Shown here: positions 53,871 to 64,000 of the stretch, in pieces
How positions within the stretch are numbered: position 1 is the first letter of the stretch
Layout: every line of letters begins with the position of its first letter
Assembly: GCF_964355755.1 (NCBI RefSeq)
Contig: NC_092672.1
Span: 16,565,137-16,629,136 of the forward strand
Direction: 5' to 3'
Source of the DNA: Antedon mediterranea
Taxonomy: Eukaryota; Animalia; Echinodermata
Length of the DNA stretch: 64,000 nt
The notes under the pieces: generated by a model
Told to the model about the DNA's origin: nothing
Database searches by the model: none
The model's input: the letters and a program-made list of their open reading frames with translations, nothing else
Position numbers and translations under genes: made by a program

Positions 53871-55539
53871 AGAGAGAGATAGATCAGCGAGAGAGAGATA
53901 GGTCAGCTAGAGAGAGATAGATCAGCGAGAGAGAGATAGATCCGCGAGAGAGAGATAGATCAGCGAGAGAGAGATATATCAGCGAGAGAGAGATAGATCA
54001 GCGTGATAGAGAGATAGATCAGCGAGAGAGAGAGAGAGATAGATCAGCGAGAGAGATAGATCAACGAGAGAAATATAGATCAGTGAGAGAGAGATAGATA
54101 GATCAGCGAGAGAGAGAGAGAGATAGATCAGCGAGAGGAGAGAGAGAGATAGATCAGCGAGAGAGAGATAGATCAGCGAGAGAGAGATAGATCAGCAAGA
54201 GAGAGAGAGATAGATCAGCGAGAGAGAGAGAGATAGATCAGCGAGAGGAGAGAGAGAGATAGATCAGCGAGAGAGAGATAGATCAGCGAGAGAGAGAAAG
54301 ATCAGCGAGAGAGAGATAGATCAGCGAGAGAGAGATAGATCACCGAGAGAAAGATAGATCAGCAAGAGAGAGAGAGATAGATCAGCGAGAGAGAGATAGA
54401 TCAGCGAGAGAGATAGATCAGCGAGAAAGAGAGAGATAGATCAGCGAGAGAGAGATAGATAGATAGATCAGCGAGAGAGAGATAGGTAGATCAGCGAGAG
54501 AGAGAGATAGATAGATCAGCGAGAGAGAGAGAGAGAGATAGATCAGCGAGAGAGAGATAGATCAGCGAGAGAGATAGATCAGCGAGAGAGATAGATCAGC
54601 GAGAGAGATAGATAGATTAGCGAGAGAGAGATAGATCAGCGAGAGAGAGATAGATCAGCGTGAGAGAGATAGATCAGCGACAGAGAGATAGATCAGCAAG
54701 AGAGAGATAGATCAGTGACAGAGAGATAGATCAGCGAAAGAGAGATAGATCAGCGAGAGAGAGATAGATAAGCGAGAGAGAGATAGATCAACGAGAGAGA
54801 GATAGATCAGCGAGAGAGAGAGATAGATCAGGGAGATAGAGATAGATCAGCGAGAGAGAGATAGATCAGCGAGAGAGAGAGAGAGAAAGATCAACGAGAG
54901 AGAGATAGATCAGCGAGAGAGAGATAGATCAGGGAGAGAGAGATAGATCAGCGAGAGAGAGAGATAGATCAGCGAGAGAGATAGATCAGCGAGAGAGAGA
55001 TAGATCAGCGAGAGAGATAGATCAGCGAGAGAGAGAGATAGATCAGCGAGTGAGAGAGATAGATCAGCGAGAGAGAGATAGATCAGCGAGAAAGAGAGAG
55101 ATAGATCAGCGAGAGAGAGATAGATTAGCGAAAGAGAGACAGATCCGCGAGAGAGAGAGAGAGATAGATCAGCGAGAGAGAGAGAGAGATCAGCAAGAGA
55201 GAGATAGATCAGCGAGAGAGATAGATCAGCGAGAGAGAGATAGATCAGCGAAAGAGAGAGATAGATCAGTGAGAGAGAGATAGATCAGCGAGAGAGAGAT
55301 AGATCAGCGAGAGAGAGATAGATCAGCGAGAGAGAGATAGATCAGCGAGAGAGAAAGATAGATACGCGAGAGAAAGAGAGATAGATCCGCGAGAGAGAGA
55401 TATATCAGCGAGAGAGAGATATATCAGCGTGAGAGAGAGATAGATCAGCGAGAGAGAGATAGATCAGCGAGAGAGATAGATCAGCGAGAGAAATATAGAT
55501 CAGCGAGAGAGAGATAGATAGATCAGCGAGGGAGATAGA

Positions 55540-58500
55540 TCAGCGAGAGAGAGAGATAGATAGATCAGCGAGAGAGAGAGAGAGATAGATCAGCGAGAGA
55601 GAGATAGATAGACCAGCGAGAGAGAGATAGATCAGCGAGAGAGAGATAGATCAGCGAGAGAGAGAGATAGATCCGCGAGAGAGAGGTAGATCAGCGAGAG
55701 AGACAGAGAGAGATAGATCAGCGAGAGAGAGATAAAGAGATCAGCGAGAGAGAGAGGGAGATAGATCAGCGAGAGGGAGAGAGAGAGAGATAGATAGATC
55801 AGCGAGAGAGAGAGAGAGATAGATCAGCGAGAGAGAGATAGATAGACCAGCGAGAGAGAGATAGATCAGCGAGAGAGAGATAGATCAGCGAGAGAGAGAG
55901 ATAGATCCGCGAGAGAGAGGTAGATCAGCGAGAGAGACAGAGAGAGATAGATCAGCGAGAGAGAGATAAAGAGATCAGCGAGAGAGAGAGGGAGATAGAT
56001 CAGCGAGAGGGAGAGAGAGAGAGAGAAATAGATCAGCGAGAGAGAGAGATAGATCAGCGAGAGAGATAGATCAGCGAGAGAGAGATAGATAGATCAGAGA
56101 GAGAGATAGATCAGCGAGAGAGAGATAGATAGATCAGCGAGAGAGAGATAGATCAGCGAGAGAGAGAGAGAGATAGATCAGCGAGACAGAGAGATAGATC
56201 AACGAGAGAGAGAGATAGATCAGCGAGAGAGAGATAGATCAGCGATAGAGAGATAGATCAGCGAGAGAGAGATAGATCACCGAGAGAGAGATAGATCAGC
56301 GAGAGAGAGATAGATCAGCGAGAGAGAGATAGATCAGCGAGAGAGAGATAGATCAGCGAGAAAGAGATAGATCAGCGAGAGAGAGATAGATCAGCGAGAG
56401 AGAGATAGATCAGCCAGAGAGAGATAGATAGATCAGCGAGAGAGAGAGAGAGATAGATCAGCGAGAGAGAGATAGATCAGCGAGAGAGAGATAGATCAGC
56501 AAGAGAGAGATAGATCAGCGAGAGAGAGATAGATCAGCGAGAGAGAGAGATAGATCAGCGAGAGAGAGATTGATCAGCGAGACAGAGATAGATCAGCAAG
56601 AGAGAGAGAGATAGATCAGCGAGAGAGAGATAGATCAGCGAGAGAGATAGATCAGCGAGAAAGAGAGAGATAGATCAGCGAGAGAGAGATAGATAGATAG
56701 ATCAGCGAGAGAGAGAGATAGGTAGATCAGCGAGAGAGAGAGATAGATAGATCAGCGAGAGAGAGAGATAGATAGATCAGCGAGAGAGAGATAGATCAGC
56801 GAGAGAGATAGATCAGCGAGAGAGATAGATCAGCGAGAGAGATAGATAGATTAGCGAGAGAGAGATAGATCAGCAATAGAGAGATAGATCAGCGTGAGAG
56901 AGATAGATCAGCGACAGAGAGATAGATCAGCAAGAGAGAGATAGATCAGTGACAGAGAGATAGATCAGCGAAAGAGAGATAGATCAGCGAGAGAGAGAAA
57001 GATAAGCGAGAGAGAGATAGATCAACGAGAGAGAGATAGATCAGCGAGAGAGAGAGATAGATCAGGGAGATAGAGATAGATCAGCGAGAGAGAGATAGAT
57101 CAGCGAGAGAGAGAGAGAGAAAGATCAACGAGAGAGAGATAGATCAGCGAGAGAGAGAGATAGATCAGGGAGAGAGAGATAGATCAGCGAGAGAGAGAGA
57201 TAGATCAGCGAGAGAGATAGATCAGCGAGAGAGAGATAGATCAGCGAGAGAGATAGATCAGCGAGAGAGAGAGATAGATCAGCGAGTGAGAGAGATAGAT
57301 CAGCGAGAGAGAGATAGATCAGCGAGAGAGAGAGAGATAGATCAGCGAAAGAGAGACAGATCCGCGAGAGAGAGAGAGAGATAGATCAGCGAGAGAGAGA
57401 GAGATAGATCAGCAAGAGAGAGATAGATCAGCGAGAGAGATAGATCAGCGAGAGAGAGATAGATCAGCGAAAGAGAGAGATAGATCAGTGAGAGAGAGAT
57501 AGATCAGCGAGAGAGAGATAGATCAGCGAGAGAGAGATAGATCAGCGAGAGAGAGATAGATCAGCGAGAGAGAAAGATAGATACGCGAGAGAAAGAGAGA
57601 TAGATCCGCGAGAGAGAGATATATCAGCGAGAGAGAGATATATCAGCGTGAGAGAGAGATAGATCAGCGAGAGAGAGATAGATCAGCGAGAGAGATAGAT
57701 CAGCGAGAGAAATATAGATCAGCGAGAGAGAGATAGATAGATCAGCGAGAGAGATAGATCAGCGAGAGAGAGAGATAGATAGATCAGCGAGAGAGAGATA
57801 GATCAGCGAGAGAGAGAGAGATAGATCAGCGAGAGAGAGATAGATAGACCAGCGAGAGAGAGATAGATCAGCGAAAGAGAGATAGATCAGCGAGAGAGAG
57901 AGATAGATCCGCGAGAGAGAGGTAGATCAGCGAGAGAGAGAGAGAGAGAGATAGATCAGCGAGAGAGAGATAAAGAGATCAGCGAGAGAGAGAGGGAGAT
58001 AGATCAGCGAGAGGGAGAGAGAAAGAGATAGATAGATCAGCGAGAGAGAGATAGATAGAGAGATATATCAGCGAGAGAGAGATATATCAGCGTGAGAGAG
58101 AAATAGATCAGCGAGAGAAAGAGATAGATCAGCGAGAGAGATAGATCAGCGAGAGAGAGATAGATAGATCAGAGAGAGAGATAGATCAGCGAGAGAGAGA
58201 TAGATAGATCAGCGAGAGAGAGATAGATCAGCGAGAGAGAGAGAGAGATAGATCAGCGAGACAGAGAGATAGATCAGCGAGAGAGAGATAGATCAGCGAG
58301 AGAGAGATAGATCAGCGATAGAGAGATAGATCAGCGAGAGAGAGATAGATCAGCGAGAGAGAGAGATAGATAGATCAGCGAGAGAGAGAGAGAGATAGAT
58401 CAGCGAGAGAGAGATAGATAGACCAGCGAGAGAGAGATAGATCAGCGAGAGAGAGATAGATCAGCGAGAGAGAGAGATAGATCCGCGAGAGAGAGGTAGA

Positions 58501-60990
58501 TCAGCGAGAGAGACAGAGAGAGATAGATCAGCGAGAGAGAGATAAAGAGATCAGCGAGAGAGAGAGGGAGATAGATCAGCGAGAGGGAGAGAGAGAGAGA
58601 TAGATAGATCAGCGAGAGAGAGATAGATAGAGAGATATATTAGTGAGAGAGAGATATATCAGCGTGAGAGAGAAATAGATCAGCGAGAGAGAGAGATAGA
58701 TCAGCGAGAGAGATAGATCAGCGAGAGAGAGATAGATAGATCAGAGAGAGAGATAGATCAGCGAGAGAGAGATAGATAGATCAGCGAGAGAGAGATAGAT
58801 CAGCGAGAGAGAGAGAGAGATAGATCAGCGAGACAGAGAGATAGATCAACGAGAGAGAGAGATAGATCAGCGAGAGAGAGATAGATCAGCGATAGAGAGA
58901 TAGATCAGCGAGAGAGAGATAGATCACCGAGAGAGAGATAGATCAGCGAGAGAGAGATAGATCAGCGAGAGAGAAATAGATCAGCGAGAGAGAGATAGAT
59001 CAGCGAGAAAGAGATAGATCAGCGAGAGAGAGATAGATCAGCGAGAGAGAGATAGATCAGCCAGAGAGAGATAGATAGATCAGCGAGAGAGAGAGAGAGA
59101 TAGATCAGCGAGAGAGAGATAGATCAGCGAGAGAGAGATAGATCAGCAAGAGAGAGATAGATCAGCGAGAGAGAGATAGATCAGCGAGAGAGAGAGATAG
59201 ATCAGCGAGAGAGAGATTGATCAGCGAGACAGAGATAGATCAGCAAGAGAGAGAGAGATAGATCAGCGAGAGAGAGATAGATCAGCGAGAGAGATAGATC
59301 AGCGAGAAAGAGAGAGATAGATCAGCGAGAGAGAGATAGATAGATAGATCAGCGAGAGAGAGAGATAGGTAGATCAGCGAGAGAGAGAGATAGATAGATC
59401 AGCGAGAGAGAGAGATAGATAGATCAGCGAGAGAGAGATAGATCAGCGAGAGAGATAGATCAGCGAGAGAGATAGATCAGCGAGAGAGATAGATAGATTA
59501 GCGAGAGAGAGATAGATCAGCAATAGAGAGATAGATCAGCGTGAGAGAGATAGATCAGCGACAGAGAGATAGATCAGCAAGAGAGAGATAGATCAGTGAC
59601 AGAGAGATAGATCAGCGAAAGAGAGATAGATCAGCGAGAGAGAGAAAGATAAGCGAGAGAGAGATAGATCAACGAGAGAGAGATAGATCAGCGAGAGAGA
59701 GAGATAGATCAGGGAGATAGAGATAGATCAGCGAGAGAGAGATAGATCAGCGAGAGAGAGAGAGAGAAAGATCAACGAGAGAGAGATAGATCAGCGAGAG
59801 AGAGAGATAGATCAGGGAGAGAGAGATAGATCAGCGAGAGAGAGAGATAGATCAGCGAGAGAGATAGATCAGCGAGAGAGAGATAGATCAGCGAGAGAGA
59901 TAGATCAGCGAGAGAGAGAGATAGATCAGCGAGTGAGAGAGATAGATCAGCGAGAGAGAGATAGATCAGCGAGAGAGAGAGAGATAGATCAGCGAAAGAG
60001 AGACAGATCCGCGAGAGAGAGAGAGAGATAGATCAGCGAGAGAGAGAGAGATAGATCAGCAAGAGAGAGATAGATCAGCGAGAGAGATAGATCAGCGAGA
60101 GAGAGATAGATCAGCGAAAGAGAGAGATAGATCAGTGAGAGAGAGATAGATCAGCGAGAGAGAGATAGATCAGCGAGAGAGAGATAGATCAGCGAGAGAG
60201 AGATAGATCAGCGAGAGAGAAAGATAGATACGCGAGAGAAAGAGAGATAGATCCGCGAGAGAGAGATATATCAGCGAGAGAGAGATATATCAGCGTGAGA
60301 GAGAGATAGATCAGCGAGAGAGAGATAGATCAGCGAGAGAGATAGATCAGCGAGAGAAATATAGATCAGCGAGAGAGAGATAGATAGATCAGCGAGAGAG
60401 ATAGATCAGCGAGAGAGAGAGATAGATAGATCAGCGAGAGAGAGATAGATCAGCGAGAGAGAGAGAGATAGATCAGCGAGAGAGAGATAGATAGACCAGC
60501 GAGAGAGAGATAGATCAGCGAAAGAGAGATAGATCAGCGAGAGAGAGAGATAGATCCGCGAGAGAGAGGTAGATCAGCGAGAGAGAGAGAGAGAGAGATA
60601 GATCAGCGAGAGAGAGATAAAGAGATCAGCGAGAGAGAGAGGGAGATAGATCAGCGAGAGGGAGAGAGAAAGAGATAGATAGATCAGCGAGAGAGAGATA
60701 GATAGAGAGATATATCAGCGAGAGAGAGATATATCAGCGTGAGAGAGAAATAGATCAGCGAGAGAAAGAGATAGATCAGCGAGAGAGATAGATCAGCGAG
60801 ATAGAGATAGATAGATCAGAGAGAGAGATAGATCAGCGAGAGAGAGATAGATAGATCAGCGAGAGAGAGATAGATCAGCGAGAGAGAGAGAGAGATAGAT
60901 CAGCGAGACAGAGAGATAGATCAGCGAGAGAGAGATAGATCAGCGAGAGAGAGATAGATCAGCGATAGAGAGATAGATCAGCGAGAGAGA
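55540..60990 (+). repeat. Tandem duplication, 2647-bp register, 2 copies; the first contains an extra 234-bp internal duplication
   Basis: CAGCAATAG 56871/59518, GAAAGATAAG 57001/59648 and GATACGCG 57583/60230 are all 2647 bp apart; GACCAGC 55611/55845 (234 bp). Confidence 0.92.
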
Positions 60991-63900
60991 GATAGATCAC
61001 CGAGAGAGAGATAGATCAGCGAGAGAGAGATAGATCAGCGAAAGAGAGATAGATCAGCGAGAGAGAGATAGATCAGCGAGAAAGAGATAGATCAGCGAGA
61101 GAGAGATAGATCAGCGAGAGAGAGATAGATCAGCCAGAGAGAGATAGATAGATCAGCGAGAGAGAGAGAGAGATAGATCAGCGAGAGAGAGATAGATCAG
61201 CGAGAGAGAGATAGATCAGCAAGAGAGAGATAGATCAGCCAGAGAGAGATAGATCAGCGAGAGAGATAGATCAGCGAGAGAAATATAGATCAGCGAGAGA
61301 GAGATAGATAGATCAGCGAGAGAGATAGATCAGCGAGAGAGAGAGATAGATAGATCAGCGAGAGAGAGATAGATCAGCGAGAGAGAGATAGATCAGCGAG
61401 AGAGAGATAGATCACCGAGAGAAAGATAGATCAGCAAGAGAGAGAGAGATAGATCAGCGAGAGAGAGATAGATCAGCGAGAGAGATAGATCAGCGAGAAA
61501 GAGAGAGATAGATCAGCGAGAGAGAGATAGATAGATAGATCAGCGAGAGAGAGATAGGTAGATCAGCAAGAGAGAGAGATAGATAGATCAGCGAGAGAGA
61601 GAGAGAGATAGATCAGCGAGAGAGAGATAGATCAGCAAGAGAGATAGATCAGCGAGAGAGATAGATCAGCGAGAGAGATAGATCAGCGAGAGAGATAGAT
61701 AGATTAGCAAGAGAGAGATAGATCAGCGAGAGAGAGATAGATCAGCGTGAGAGAGATAGATCAGCGACAGAGAGATAGATCAGCGAGAGAGAGAGATAGA
61801 TCAGCGAGAGAGAGATTGATCAGCGAGACAGAGATAGATCAGCGAGAGAGAGATAGATCAGCGAGAAAGAGATAGATCAGCGAGAGAGAGATAGATCAGC
61901 CAGAGAGAGATAGATAGATCAGCGAGAGAGAGAGAGAGATAGATCAGCGAGAGAGAGATAGATCAGCGAGAGAGAGATAGATCAGCGAGAGAGAGATAGA
62001 TCAGCAAGAGAGAGATAGATCAGCGAGAGAGAGATAGATCAGCGAGAGAGAGATAGATCAGCGAGAGAGAGATTGATCAGCGAGACAGAGATAGATCAGC
62101 GAGAGAGAGATTGATCAGCGAGAGAGAGATAGATCAGCGAGAGAGAGATAGATCAGCGCGAGAGAGACAGATCAGCGGGGGAGAGATAGATCAGCGAGAG
62201 AGAGATAGATCAGCGAGAGAGAGATAGATCAGCGAGAGGAGAGATAGATCAGCGAGAGTGAGTTAGATCAGCGAGAGAGATAGAGATAGATAGATCAGCG
62301 AGAGAGAGATTGATAGATCAGCGAGAGAGAGATAGATAGATCAGCGAGAGAGAGATAGATAGATCAGCGAGAGAGATAGATAGATCAGCGAGAGAGAGAG
62401 AGAAAGATAGATCAGCGAGAGATAGATAGATCAGCGTGAGAGAGATAGATCAGCGACAGAGAGATAGATCAGCGAGAGAGAGATAGATCAGCGAGAGATA
62501 GATAGATCAGCGAGAGAGAGATAGATCAGCGAGAGAGAGAGAGAGATAGATCAGCGAGAGAGAGATAGATCAGCGAGAGAGAGATAGATAAGCGAGAGAT
62601 AGATAGATCAGCGAGAGAGAGATATATCAGCGAGAGAGAGATAGATCAGTGAGAGAGAGAGAGATCAGCAATAGAGATATAGATCAGCGAGAGAGATAGA
62701 TGAGCGAGAGAGAGATAGATCAGCGAGAGAGAGATAGATCAGTGAGAGAGAGATAGATCAGCGAGAGAGAGATAGATCAGCGAGAGAGAGATAGATCAGC
62801 GAGAGAGAGATAGGTCAGCTAGAGAGAGATAGATCAGCGAGAGAGAGATAGATCCGCGAGAGAGAGATAGATCAGCGAGAGAGAGATATATCAGCGAGAG
62901 AGAGATAGATCAGCGTGAGAGAGAGATAGATCAGCGAGAGAGAGAGATAGATCAGCGAGAGAGATAGATCAACGAGAGAAATATAGATCAGTGAGAGAGA
63001 GATAGATAGATCAGCGAGAGAGAGAGAGATAGATCAGCGAGAGGAGAGAGAGAGATAGATCAGCGAGAGAGAGATAGATCAGCAAGAGAGAGAGAGATAG
63101 ATCAGCGAGAGAGAGAGAGATAGATCAGCGAGAGGAGAGAGAGAGATAGATCAGCGAGAGAGAGATAGATCAGCGAGAGAGAGATAGATCAGCGAGAGAG
63201 AGATAGATCACCGAGAGAAAGATTGATCAGCAAGAGAGGGAGAGATAGATCAGCGAGAGAGAGATAGATCAGCGAGAGAGATAGATCAGCGAGAGAGATA
63301 GATCAGCGAGAAAGAGAGAGATAGATCAGCGAGAGAGAGATAGATAGATAGATCAGCGAGAGAGAGATAGGTAGATCAGCGAGAGAGAGAGATAGATAGA
63401 TCAGCGAGAGAGAGAGAGAGATAGATCAGCGAGAGAGAGATAGATCAGCGAGAGAGATAGATCAGCGAGAGAGATAGATCAGCGAGAGAGATTGATCAGC
63501 GAGAGAGATAGATAGATTAGCGAGAGAGAGATAGATCAGCGAGAGAGAGATAGATCAGCGTGAGAGAGATAGATCAGCGACAGAGAGATAGATCAGCAAG
63601 AGAGAGATAGATCAGTGACAGAGAGATAGATCAGCGAAAGAGAGATAGATCAGCGAGAGAGAGATAGATAAGCGAGAGAGAGATAGATCAACGAGAGAGA
63701 GATAGATCAGCGAGAGAGAGAGATAGATCAGGGAGATAGAGATAGATCAGCGAGAGAGAGATAGATCAGCGAGAGAGAGAGAGAGAAAGATCAACGAGAG
63801 AGAGATAGATCAGCGAGAGAGAGAGATAGATCAAGGAGAGAGAGATAGATCAGCGAGAGAGAGAGATAGATCAGCGAGAGAGATAGATCAGCGAGAGAGA

Positions 63901-64000
63901 GATAGATCAGCGAGAGAGATAGATCAGCGAGAGAGAGAGAGATAGATCAGCGAGTGAGAGAGATAGATCAGTGAGAGAGAGATAGATCAGCAAGAGAGAG

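Larger units (their letters stand above)
1..64000 (+). repeat. Tandem satellite/minisatellite array, modal 19-bp monomer ATAGATCAGCGAGAGAGAG with variable (GA)n and (GATA)n tracts; roughly 3000 monomers, running off both window ends
   Basis: The AGATCAGC core recurs about every 17-25 bp from the first line to the last (clean 19-bp runs at e.g. 941-1020 and 45481-45590). No non-repeat sequence or inverted monomer was seen. Confidence 0.99.

Noticed and set aside
55050-55283. 77-aa ORF identical to 12317..12550
   Set aside because: Identity reflects recent segment copying, and the surrounding non-ORF sequence is equally similar, so it is not evidence of coding constraint.
1-64000. CRISPR-like repeat/spacer pattern (constant core with variable intervening sequence)
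   Set aside because: The core is only about 10 bp, the 'spacers' are GA runs rather than unique sequences, and there is no leader or cas gene.
1-64000. Telomerase-type terminal repeat
   Set aside because: It lacks the G-run motif of known telomeric repeats. Variants are inherited in kb-scale blocks, indicating DNA-level duplication rather than de novo templated synthesis of each unit.
1-64000. Bacterial Dam/GATC cluster or iteron-containing replication origin
   Set aside because: The scale (64 kb, gene-free) and microsatellite character do not fit a prokaryotic replicon; there are no DnaA boxes, AT-rich unwinding element or rep gene.
1-64000. Information-encoding 'code' in GA-tract lengths, or a giant repetitive protein on either strand
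   Set aside because: Length patterns are explained by slippage plus block duplication. The 19-bp unit rotates frames, so TAG (+) and TGA (-) stops interrupt all frames every few monomers.
1-64000. Pure sequencing or synthetic artefact
   Set aside because: Ordered rare variants shared among diverged copies, with nested and consistent history, are typical of real satellite evolution. Individual duplications could still be misassembled.
1-64000. Embedded transposon, inversion or unique island
   Set aside because: None was seen on reading through. Even the oddest patches (24420-24640, 30780-30990) are derivatives of the monomer in the same orientation.
1-64000. Assignment as centromere or sex-chromosome (Bkm/GATA-type) satellite
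   Set aside because: Plausible but unsupported by sequence alone. There is no CENP-B box and the GATA tracts are only 1-3 units; it would need ChIP, FISH or male/female coverage data.

Overview
The whole 64 kb window is one uninterrupted head-to-tail tandem satellite array. The modal monomer is 19 bp, ATAGATCAGCGAGAGAGAG. It combines a fixed core (AGATCAGC) with two slippage-prone tracts, (GA)n and (GATA)1-3, so most monomers are 17, 19, 21, 23 bp or longer. All copies lie in the same orientation and the + strand is about 79% purine (from the consensus). I see no credible gene, RNA gene, transposon, CRISPR array or unique DNA, and the three ORFs are by-products of the repeat. The informative signal is the order of rare monomer variants, which act as barcodes. 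They show nested tandem duplications of about 0.23, 0.28, 0.3, 0.56, 0.98, 1.15, 1.3, 1.9, 2.1, 2.3, 2.5, 2.65, 3.3 and 5.1 kb, long-range copies at about 33.2 and 42.7 kb offsets, and a locally homogenised sub-domain at about 39-53 kb. Frequent variants fit methyl-CpG decay. This looks like eukaryotic heterochromatic satellite DNA; the organism cannot be identified from the sequence. I found no new protein-coding system. Duplication boundaries are approximate because they were read by eye; marker-to-marker spacings were counted from the coordinates.
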